A stretch of 64,000 bases of DNA from contig JAWSVD010000074.1 in assembly GCA_033852095.1 (NCBI GenBank), positions 36,225 through 100,224 of the forward strand, given 5' to 3'. This document shows, piece after piece, positions 40,025 to 48,137 of the stretch. Under the pieces are notes generated by a model. That model was not told the origin of the DNA. It did not search any database and worked only from the letters and a program-made list of their open reading frames with translations. Numbering within the stretch: the first letter of the stretch is position 1; each line of letters begins with the position of its first letter. The position numbers were made by a program, and so were the translations under genes. Source of the DNA: Granulosicoccaceae bacterium. Lineage in GTDB: Bacteria > Pseudomonadota > Gammaproteobacteria > CALCKW01.

Positions 40025-41026
40025 ATGCAACCCAACGACCGCAGCAACACACCGCTCAGCCTATCAATAAACACGCCCGTGCACCGCATGGCCGTTGTGC
40101 TTATGCCGGACTTCCCCTTGATGGCCTTCAGCAACATCACCGAGCCCCTGCGGGCCGCGAACAGACTCAGCGGCAAACAACTCTACAGTTGGAACTGTCT
40201 GTCTTTAGACGGAGAAGAAGTCAGCTGCAGCAGCGGCATCACACTTGGCTGCACCGGCAAGCTGAGCGACAGCGAGAAATACCAGACTGTCTTGGTGTGC
40301 TCCGGCCTGCCAGTCAGCCAGGAGTCGATCAAACCCTATCACCACGGCCTGTGGCAACACGCCAACCGTGGCAGCACCCTGGGTGGTGTCAGCTCGGGCT
40401 CTCTGGTGCTGGCCAGTGCCGGCCTGCTGGACAATCACCAGTGCACCATCCACTGGGAGTACATCGTCAGCTTCGCCGAGAGCTACCCGCAACTGGACAT
40501 CGTCGATCAGCTCTACGTCATGGACCGTAAACGCTACAGCTGCTCCGGCGGCACGGCTGCCATGGACATGATGCTGGCGATGATCGCCGAGGAACACGGC
40601 AACACTTTGGCGGCGGAGGTGGCGAGCCAGTTTATCCACGACCGCACCCGCAGCGCCAGCGAACACCAGCGCCTCGCCGAAGACGCGCTCAACGCCCGGC
40701 AATCGCAAAAGATGGCCGCCGCCATCAACCTGATGCGCAGTAACCTCGACGAACCACTGGCGCCGCACCGGCTCGCCGAGCGGGTGAATCTGTCACTGCG
40801 GCAGCTGGAGAGACTGTTCAAAAAACACAAGGCGCTGACGCCCCAGCACTACTACCTCGCCATGCGACTGGACCAGTCCAGGCGCTTCGTCACCCAGACC
40901 GCCCGCCCGCTCTACGACATTGCGGTCGCGGTGGGTTTTGTTTCACAATCGCACTTCAGCAAGTGTTACCGCGAGCGCTTTGGCATGACCCCGATGCAAG
41001 ACCGCGGCAGCGCATCGTCCCATTGA
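40025..41026 (+). CDS. GlxA-family transcriptional regulator (DJ-1/PfpI-like N-domain plus AraC-type HTH)
   Basis: The protein has an N-terminal class I glutamine-amidotransferase-like domain and a C-terminal AraC HTH (..HYYLAMRLDQSRRFVTQTARPLYDIAVAVGFVSQSHFSKCYRERFGMTP). Confidence 0.8.
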   Translation: MQPNDRSNTPLSLSINTPVHRMAVVLMPDFPLMAFSNITEPLRAANRLSGKQLYSWNCLSLDGEEVSCSSGITLGCTGKLSDSEKYQTVLVCSGLPVSQESIKPYHHGLWQHANRGSTLGGVSSGSLVLASAGLLDNHQCTIHWEYIVSFAESYPQLDIVDQLYVMDRKRYSCSGGTAAMDMMLAMIAEEHGNTLAAEVASQFIHDRTRSASEHQRLAEDALNARQSQKMAAAINLMRSNLDEPLAPHRLAERVNLSLRQLERLFKKHKALTPQHYYLAMRLDQSRRFVTQTARPLYDIAVAVGFVSQSHFSKCYRERFGMTPMQDRGSASSH

Positions 41027-41045
41027 ACCACCGCAGCGGAAAACC

Positions 41046-41972
41046 ATGAGCCTGTTGATCTACTCCTCCAACGCACGCCGCTACGCGCATTGGCGCGCCG
41101 AATTTGCAGCCTGCGCCCCCGATCTCACCGTGGTCTACGGCCTCGAACAGGCCGACGATGAGGTTGAATACGCCCTGGTTTGGCAGCCACCGCACGGCTT
41201 CCTGAAAACCCTGCCCCGGCTCAAAGCCATCTTCTCCATGGGCGCCGGTGTCGATCACCTCAGCGCCGACCCCGAGCTGCCCGCGGTGCCGTTGATCCGG
41301 CAAAGAGACGCCGGCATGGGGACGCAGATGGCCGAATACGCGCTCTACGCGGCACTGCATTACCAGCGCGATTTCGACCGCATGCGCATCCACCAGTTGA
41401 CCGCTCACTGGGATAACGCCGTCAGCCAAGTCAGGCCCCGACTCAAAGTGGGCATACTGGGCATGGGCACCCTGGGCTCGGTGGTCGCACAATCCCTGTG
41501 GGACAATGGCTTCCCCGTCAGTGGCTGGTCACGCACCGCCAAGGACATGCCGAACATCCGCTGTTTCGCAGGGCAATCTCAATTGGGCTTGTTCTTGGCG
41601 CAGACCGAGCTGCTGGTGTGCCTGCTGCCCGACACAGCAGACACCCGCGGCATCATCGACAGCGAACTGCTGGCGCAACTGCCCGCCGGGGCGGTGGTGG
41701 TGAATGTGGCACGGGGTGCGCTGGTGGTGGACGATGACTTGTTGGCAGCGCTGGACAGCAATCATATTCGCGGCGCCATGCTCGACGTATTTCACACCGA
41801 GCCCCTGCCCGCAGCGCATCGTTACTGGCGCCACCCCAAGGTGGTGCTCAGCCCGCACGTGGCAGCGGAGACGGTCTACGCCCAATCGGCGCAGCAGGTC
41901 AGCGCGGAAATAGCCCGTATGGATCAGGGCTTGGCGCCCACTGAATCGGTGGACCTCAGCCGCGGTTATTGA
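41046..41972 (+). CDS. ghrA: D-isomer-specific 2-hydroxyacid dehydrogenase, GhrA-like glyoxylate/hydroxypyruvate reductase
   Basis: The N-terminus parallels E. coli GhrA/YcdW (YALVWQPPHG..LKAIFSMGAGVDHL). It has a Rossmann GxGxxG (GILGMGTLG) and the catalytic R...E...H. Confidence 0.7.
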   Translation: MSLLIYSSNARRYAHWRAEFAACAPDLTVVYGLEQADDEVEYALVWQPPHGFLKTLPRLKAIFSMGAGVDHLSADPELPAVPLIRQRDAGMGTQMAEYALYAALHYQRDFDRMRIHQLTAHWDNAVSQVRPRLKVGILGMGTLGSVVAQSLWDNGFPVSGWSRTAKDMPNIRCFAGQSQLGLFLAQTELLVCLLPDTADTRGIIDSELLAQLPAGAVVVNVARGALVVDDDLLAALDSNHIRGAMLDVFHTEPLPAAHRYWRHPKVVLSPHVAAETVYAQSAQQVSAEIARMDQGLAPTESVDLSRGY

Positions 41973-42484
41973 ACATCCTTGCAGGCGAGTGTGTCCGAGC
42001 TCTCGCGCCAGAAGCGAAAAGCGCGCTCTTCGCAGACGCGCAGGCGGCGGCTGAACTCCCGCGCGATGTTCATATAAAACAAGGTAAAAACAGCGGTGTC
42101 GTAACGCTGCAGCGCAGAGAAAGCCTCCGCCCCTACCGTCAGGGCCACGCAGTCCTCTCGGGCGTGCACACTGTAACCACGCGGCTGCAAATCGATGCCG
42201 GCGGCTTCACCAAAGGAATCTCCCGGCAAAAATTCGCGCAGTACAAAGCTGCTGTGCTCGTCTTCCAGCGAGGCAACTGCACGCCCTCTGAGCAGCACAA
42301 ACATGCCCTGATCGCCCTGGCCCGCGCGGAAAAAACTCTCACCCGCAGGTATACGCACATCGATGGTGTGCAACAGCAAGTGCTGCAAAGCGTCTTCGCT
42401 GAGACCCCCAAAGACGGGCATACTCTGCAGGCTCTCGATGGCCAATTCCGGCGTATTCGTTGTATTTGAGGAGCTGGCGTTCAA
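41966..42484 (-). CDS. Stand-alone cyclic-nucleotide-binding domain protein
   Basis: The 172-aa protein has a cNMP-binding beta-roll (FGEAAGIDLQPRGYSVHAREDCVALTV) and no DNA-binding or effector domain. Its 3' end overlaps ghrA by 7 bp in convergent orientation. Confidence 0.55.
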   Translation of the reverse strand: MNASSSNTTNTPELAIESLQSMPVFGGLSEDALQHLLLHTIDVRIPAGESFFRAGQGDQGMFVLLRGRAVASLEDEHSSFVLREFLPGDSFGEAAGIDLQPRGYSVHAREDCVALTVGAEAFSALQRYDTAVFTLFYMNIAREFSRRLRVCEERAFRFWRESSDTLACKDVQ

Positions 42485-42607
42485 ATTTCTTCCGTCCTGT
42501 GTCGTCTTGTAGACTGGGATTGTCTCTCCTTAGCAAGGGTTGATCCCACCTCGGCACGAGAATAGCTCTCTGTAAACCACACCCGCTCAAAGAGCCTAGG
42601 ATATTCC

Positions 42608-44008
42608 ATGTCTATCAGCGTGTTTGATCTTTTTAAAATCGGTATTGGCCCCTCCAGCTCCCACACGGTTGGCCCCATGCGCGCGGCCAACAGCTTCATT
42701 GCCAAGCTGAGAGACTCGGGGACGCTTGAACGTACCGCCGCGGTGCGCAGCGAGCTCTATGGCTCCCTCGGCGCCACTGGCAAAGGCCACGGATCAGACA
42801 AGGCAGTGCTGCTCGGCCTGATGGGCGAGACCCCCGAATCGACCGACACCAAAACAGTTAACGACAAGGTGCGGGAGATACGCGAAACCAAGCAGCTGGT
42901 CTTGCACGGCGGCGTCGTCTGCAAATTTGACGAGAAGAAACACCTGATACTGCACCGCCGCAAATCCTTGCCCTACCACCCCAACGGCATGCGCTTTATC
43001 GCCCAGGACAAGGCCGGTGAGTGCTTGCAAGAGGCCGTCTACTATTCGGTGGGCGGTGGTTTTGTGGTGGACGAGCACGCGGCCAGCGACTCAGACCCGC
43101 TCATCCCCGACAACACGGCCGTCAGCTACCCCTTCTCCAGTGCGGCAGAGTTGCTCGCACTGAGCGAGCAGCACGGCATGTCCATCAGCAGCATCATGCT
43201 GGCCAATGAGCTGGCGTGGCGCAGCGAAGAAGAGGTACGCAGCGAGCTGCTCAACATCTGGGCGGTGATGCAAGAGTGCGTGCAAAACGGCATCGCCACC
43301 GAAGGTGTTTTGCCCGGGGGAATGAAAGTGAAACGCCGCGCCCGCGCCCTGCACCGCAAACTGAGCAGCGATTCCACCTCCCTGCCCGGCTCGCTGGCGA
43401 CCATGGACTGGGTCAACCTCTACGCCCTAGCGGTCAACGAGGAGAACGCTGCCGGTGGCCGCGTGGTCACCGCCCCCACCAACGGCGCGGCGGGCATCAT
43501 CCCCGCTGTCATGCACTTCTACCTCAATCACTGCAACGGCGCAAACGACGACAACATCGTGCGCTTTCTGCTCACGGCGGGCGCCATCGGCACCCTCTAC
43601 AAGATGAACGCCTCCATCTCCGGCGCTGAAGTGGGCTGCCAGGGCGAAGTGGGCTCGGCCTGCTCCATGGCCGCCGGCGCCCTGACCGAGGTGCTGGGCG
43701 GCACACCGCAACAGGTGGAAAACGCCGCGGAGATCGGCATGGAACACAACCTCGGCCTCACCTGCGACCCCATTGGTGGACTTGTACAGGTGCCCTGCAT
43801 CGAACGCAACGCCATGGGCGCGGTGAAAGCGATCAATGCCTGCCGCATGGCACTGCGCGGCGACGGCTCGCACTTCGTCTCGCTCGACAGCGTCATCAAA
43901 ACCATGCGCGAGACCGGCAAAGACATGTCGCTCAAGTACAAGGAAACAGCCCGGGGCGGCCTCGCCATCCATGTTCTGGATGTCCCTGTCAATGTGGTGG
44001 AATGCTAA
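42608..44008 (+). CDS. sdaA: L-serine ammonia-lyase (Fe-S L-serine dehydratase)
   Basis: The 466-aa protein has an N-terminus ([22 protein letters not shown]) and overall layout matching SdaA. Confidence 0.9.
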   Translation: MSISVFDLFKIGIGPSSSHTVGPMRAANSFIAKLRDSGTLERTAAVRSELYGSLGATGKGHGSDKAVLLGLMGETPESTDTKTVNDKVREIRETKQLVLHGGVVCKFDEKKHLILHRRKSLPYHPNGMRFIAQDKAGECLQEAVYYSVGGGFVVDEHAASDSDPLIPDNTAVSYPFSSAAELLALSEQHGMSISSIMLANELAWRSEEEVRSELLNIWAVMQECVQNGIATEGVLPGGMKVKRRARALHRKLSSDSTSLPGSLATMDWVNLYALAVNEENAAGGRVVTAPTNGAAGIIPAVMHFYLNHCNGANDDNIVRFLLTAGAIGTLYKMNASISGAEVGCQGEVGSACSMAAGALTEVLGGTPQQVENAAEIGMEHNLGLTCDPIGGLVQVPCIERNAMGAVKAINACRMALRGDGSHFVSLDSVIKTMRETGKDMSLKYKETARGGLAIHVLDVPVNVVEC

Positions 44009-44301
44009 TGTGGCTGAATAAAAATCGGCCCTAAAATCAGCTAAAACAAAGCACAGGTGTGAATATTGCGCGCACAAGCAGGGCTATAACGGCGCATATT
44101 GAAAAATATTGTCGTAAATGTTGCAGCGAATTTCATGCGGCTCTTTTTTTACTCACCCATTCACTTCACAATACGCGCCGTGACTGTCGCGCTTGACCCA
44201 AGAGTAGTCGCATTGTTAGCAGCATTATCTTGCACTCGGCCCTAGTCTAAGCGGCAATCACCCGCAGTGTAAAAAACTGGATCAACCGGAGAAACAACAG
44301 C

Positions 44302-45015
44302 ATGTCTGATGACAACGAGCAGTACGACGATGAAGAAGACATCATCCTCTCGGAATTGAACAACGAAGAGCTCGTTGAGCAGATGCACGACGACCTCTAC
44401 AACGGCCTCAAAGACGAGGTGTTCGAAGGCACCAACATCTTGCTCGAACGCGGCTGGGGGCCGGACAAGGTGCTCGCAGAGGCACTGGTCGAGGGCATGC
44501 GAATTGTCGGCATCGATTTCCGCGACGGCATTTTGTTTGTGCCCGAGGTGCTGATGGCCGCCAACTCCATGAAATCGGGCATGAGCATACTGCGCCCGCT
44601 GCTCGCTGAGACAGGCGCCGACCCGATCGGTAAAATGGTGGTCGGCACTGTCAAGGGCGACATCCACGACATCGGTAAAAACTTGGTCGGCATGATGATG
44701 GAAGGCGCCGGCTTCGAGGTCATTGATCTGGGCATCAACAACCCGGTGGAGAATTACCTCGCGGCGATAGAAGAACACAAGCCCGACATCATTGGCATGT
44801 CCGCACTGCTGACCACCACCATGCCCTACATGAAAGTGGTGATCGACACGCTCAAAGAACAGGGCATTCGCGACGACTACATTGTGCTGGTGGGTGGCGC
44901 ACCGCTGAACGAAGAGTTCGGCGACGCCATTGGCGCCGACGCCTACTGCCGCGACGCAGCCGTTGCGGTGGAAACAGCCAAAGCCAAGATCGCCGAAAAA
45001 CGCGCCAACCGCTAG
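44302..45015 (+). CDS. Cobalamin-binding corrinoid protein (MtaC/MtbC/MetH-B12-domain-like)
   Basis: It has a B12-binding cap domain followed by a Rossmann B12 domain with the DxHxxG motif (GDIHDIGKN) and the downstream S..L/GG motifs. It also has a very acidic N-terminus. Confidence 0.75.
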   Translation: MSDDNEQYDDEEDIILSELNNEELVEQMHDDLYNGLKDEVFEGTNILLERGWGPDKVLAEALVEGMRIVGIDFRDGILFVPEVLMAANSMKSGMSILRPLLAETGADPIGKMVVGTVKGDIHDIGKNLVGMMMEGAGFEVIDLGINNPVENYLAAIEEHKPDIIGMSALLTTTMPYMKVVIDTLKEQGIRDDYIVLVGGAPLNEEFGDAIGADAYCRDAAVAVETAKAKIAEKRANR

Positions 45016-45035
45016 GGGCCAGAGGAGCTGCAAGC

Positions 45036-45647
45036 ATGTCGGAGAAAACGCTCGTCATCGCTTGCGGCGCCCTCGCCCATGAGATCACCGCCCTGATCAG
45101 CGCCAATCGCTGGTCGCACATGAAAGTGCAGTGCCTGCCGGCCGATCTGCACAACTTCCCCGATAAAATCCCCGCGGCAGTGCGCGCCAAAATCCACAAG
45201 GCGCGTGCCAGCTTTGCGCACATATTTGTGGCTTATGCCGACTGCGGCACGGGTGGTCTGCTGGACAAGGTGCTGACAGAAGAGGGCGTCGAGCGCCTGC
45301 CGGGCGCGCACTGTTACGCGTTTTATACAGGCCAACGCGACTGGGAAATCCTAGCTGAAGAGGAACTCGGCACCTTCTATTTGACCGATTTTCTGGCTCG
45401 CCACTTCGATCGCTTGATCCTGCACGGCATGGGCCTGAAAAAACACCCGGAGCTGATGCCGCTGTATTTTGGCAACTACACGCGACTGGTCTATCTCGCG
45501 CAGCGCCCCACCCCTGAATTGCAAAGCCTGGCTGAAGACGCAGCGCGTCAGCTCGGCCTGAGCTATACCTACATTGAAACTGGCTACGGCGAACTCGCCG
45601 ACGGCCTGCAAAAAACCGCAGAGCACAGCATACAATGGCAAAACTGA
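45036..45647 (+). CDS. DUF1638-like protein, the family found with corrinoid methyltransferase loci
   Basis: The 203-aa protein reads MSEKTLVIACGALAHEI...YADCGTGG... . The family assignment is from memory of DUF1638 and was not searched. It lies 20 nt downstream of the corrinoid protein gene. Confidence 0.5.
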   Translation: MSEKTLVIACGALAHEITALISANRWSHMKVQCLPADLHNFPDKIPAAVRAKIHKARASFAHIFVAYADCGTGGLLDKVLTEEGVERLPGAHCYAFYTGQRDWEILAEEELGTFYLTDFLARHFDRLILHGMGLKKHPELMPLYFGNYTRLVYLAQRPTPELQSLAEDAARQLGLSYTYIETGYGELADGLQKTAEHSIQWQN

Positions 45648-45973
45648 TCACCATCTGGTGGCGGGACATCCCGTCACAAATCGTCGCTAAACAAGGGCGT
45701 AAAACATCAAAAGTACTTTTATCGGAGCGCTTTCAAGAAGCCATCGACAAAGCCGCGATGCGCGCCAAGCGCGGCACCACCGATGAATACCTGGAAGATT
45801 GGCGCCGAGAGGAAATTCAGACCAGCGAAGTCATAGAAACCGCCTCACGCGTCGCTGCTGAGCAACTGGAGGCCGACTACAGCGACGAGAGATTGTTGCA
45901 ACTGGTCAAACATAAGGGCTTGGAAGAAAACAGCAAAAATGGCCCAGAGAACGGGCCAGAGAACGGCGAGTAA
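45635..45973 (+). CDS. Small conserved hypothetical protein with a C-terminal NGPENGPENGE repeat
   Basis: The 112-aa ORF overlaps the stop of the preceding gene by 13 nt. It has a basic N-terminal half and an acidic C-terminal half. It may belong to the small virulence-factor-like family seen with DUF1638, but I am not sure. Confidence 0.45.
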   Translation: MAKLITIWWRDIPSQIVAKQGRKTSKVLLSERFQEAIDKAAMRAKRGTTDEYLEDWRREEIQTSEVIETASRVAAEQLEADYSDERLLQLVKHKGLEENSKNGPENGPENGE

Positions 45974-46008
45974 AACGCCCCACCACAACCTCAATACCTT
46001 GGAAGATC

Positions 46009-46947
46009 GTGATGACCCTAAGCGCTACCCATCATGCACCCGGCGATATCAAACAAAACATCGTCGACTTTGTGAAAGACTGGACCGTCGAGACAACACC
46101 CGGCCAGGCAAAAAAGGTCGATTCTTTCCAAGCGTATTTTAATCCGGGCACGCCCATAGCGGTCACTTTCTTGCCGGGTTCTGATTACAAAGAAACCGTG
46201 GCCACCGCGGCGCGTTTGCGCCGCGAAGGCTTTGAGCCAGCGCCGCATTTTTGCGGGCGTTCGATCAGCAGCGAAGCACAGCTGGATGATTTTTTGGCGC
46301 GCTGCAAAGGCGAGGCTGACATCAATCAGGTCGTCGCATTAGCTGGGGCTGTCAGCAAGCCAGCCGGCCCCTATGACTCCTCCATGGACATGCTGGACTC
46401 CGGGCTTTTTGACAAGCACGGCATCAGCACCATCGGCGTGGCGGGCCACCCCGAAGGCTGCATGGACATCTCGGACGAGGAACTCAAGCGCGCGCTGGCC
46501 TGGAAGAACGGACTGGCGGAGCGCACCGACGCCGAGCTCTACGTGATCACCCAGTTTGTCTTTGAGGCGGCACCTGTCATTGCCTGGGACAAACGCATCA
46601 ACGCCGAGGGCAATCAACTGCCCATCCACATCGGCGCACCTGGCCTCGCCACGCTCAAATCCCTGATCGCCCACTCCAAGGCCTGCGGCATCGGCGCATC
46701 CATGCGCTTCTTGACCCGTCAGGCCATGAACGTGAGTAAGCTGCTGACCGTCAACGCACCCGACAAGCTCTTTGTCGATCTCGCTCAATACAAGGCCAAC
46801 GACCCCCGCTGCGGTATCCGCAAGGTGCACATGTACCCGCTGGGCGGCATCAAACGCACAGCCTTCTGGACCAACGAAGTCGCCAAAGGCGCCTTCGACA
46901 TGAGCCTGGACAACAAGAGCTTCAGCCTGCAACAGCCCCTGCCCTGA
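46009..46947 (+). CDS. metF: Methylenetetrahydrofolate reductase (MetF family)
   Basis: The protein carries IGVAGHPEG (compare VAAYPEVHPE) and TQFVFEAAPVIAW...IHIGAPGL, which parallel the E. coli MetF TQFFFD...IPGILP segments. It is 312 aa long. Confidence 0.7.
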   Translation: MMTLSATHHAPGDIKQNIVDFVKDWTVETTPGQAKKVDSFQAYFNPGTPIAVTFLPGSDYKETVATAARLRREGFEPAPHFCGRSISSEAQLDDFLARCKGEADINQVVALAGAVSKPAGPYDSSMDMLDSGLFDKHGISTIGVAGHPEGCMDISDEELKRALAWKNGLAERTDAELYVITQFVFEAAPVIAWDKRINAEGNQLPIHIGAPGLATLKSLIAHSKACGIGASMRFLTRQAMNVSKLLTVNAPDKLFVDLAQYKANDPRCGIRKVHMYPLGGIKRTAFWTNEVAKGAFDMSLDNKSFSLQQPLP

Positions 46948-47083
46948 GCGGGCCTGATGGCGCGGCCGGGCATCAGCCACGCAAGATTGAATTAAAATCA
47001 GCTTTGTCCTGAAGAGCTTTCAGCACATGGCAACTACAACACGATTAGCATAATGGGTTTTGTGCCCGCACGAGGACAGCGCA

Positions 47084-47995
47084 ATGAGCAACACCGTTTT
47101 CACCGCCGCCAGTGGCAAAGAATGGGTCATGGGCTTTGACTCCCCCTTCACGATCATTGGAGAGCGCATCAACCCGACGGGACGAAAGATTCTCGCCGAA
47201 GAGATGAAAAACGGCGACTTCTCGCGCGTGGAAGCCGACGCAATTGCACAAGTCAAAGCAGGTGCGCACATGCTCGACGTCAACGCCGGCATACCGCTCG
47301 CCGATGAGCCCGCCATGTTGGCCAAAGCCATTCAGTTGGTGCAGGCGCTCTGCCCCGACACACCCATCTCCATCGACTCCTCCATCCACGAGGCACTGGA
47401 AGCTGGCTTGGCCGTGGTCAAGGGCCGCCCCCTGCTGAACTCCGTCACTGGCGAGACAGACCGCCTCGAGGCTGTGCTGCCACTGGTGAAAAAATACGAT
47501 TGTGCGGTGGTTGCCATCTCCAACGACGAGACCGGCATCTCCGAAGACCCCGCAGTGCGCTTTGCTGTGGCGAAGAAAATCGTCGAGCACGCCCAAGACT
47601 ACGGCATCAAACCCCAGGACGTGATCATCGACCCGCTGGTTATGCCCATCGGTGCGCTGGGACAGGCCGGCCGCCAAGTCTTTGATATTTTGTACAAAAT
47701 TCGCACGGAACTCGGTGCAAACTCGACCTGCGGCGCCTCCAACATCAGCTTTGGTCTGCCCAACCGCAACGCCATCAATGCCCACTTTCTGGCCATGGCC
47801 GCCAGTCACGGCATGACTTCCGCCATCATGAACCCCACCCACGAGCCCGAGGCACAGGCCATTCGCGCCGCCAACACGCTGCTGGGCAACGATTCGGATT
47901 GCGGTAAGTGGATCCAAGCCTACCGCGTGCCAGCCAAAGAAGGTGAAGTCGGTGCACGCGGGCGCCGCACCTCGCGCCGCCGTCGCCCCAGCTAA
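47084..47995 (+). CDS. Pterin-binding methyl-THF:corrinoid methyltransferase (MtrH/AcsE/MetH-pterin-domain-like)
   Basis: It has a DHPS-like TIM barrel (FTIIGERINPTGRK, DVNAG, NSV..E motifs). I use the ATG at 47084, which has an AGGA Shine-Dalgarno 8 nt upstream. The protein ends in an Arg-rich tail (RGRRTSRRRRPS). Confidence 0.75.
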   Translation: MSNTVFTAASGKEWVMGFDSPFTIIGERINPTGRKILAEEMKNGDFSRVEADAIAQVKAGAHMLDVNAGIPLADEPAMLAKAIQLVQALCPDTPISIDSSIHEALEAGLAVVKGRPLLNSVTGETDRLEAVLPLVKKYDCAVVAISNDETGISEDPAVRFAVAKKIVEHAQDYGIKPQDVIIDPLVMPIGALGQAGRQVFDILYKIRTELGANSTCGASNISFGLPNRNAINAHFLAMAASHGMTSAIMNPTHEPEAQAIRAANTLLGNDSDCGKWIQAYRVPAKEGEVGARGRRTSRRRRPS

Positions 47996-48137
47996 GGGCC
48001 GCCGCACTGGAAGTAACTGCTCATTCTTCCGAGCGGCCCCGCACTTGCATCACCACACTGTCCAGCCACGGTTGCCGGCAGTGTGTGCTTTTTTTGATGG
48101 CCCGGCCGTCGCTCTCTCTTAAGTTCGGTGCCACCTG

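Noticed and set aside
44009-44301. A cobalamin riboswitch upstream of the corrinoid-protein gene
   Set aside because: The 293-bp leader is AT-rich, but it lacks the B12-box core (GCCACTG) and the surrounding conserved helices.
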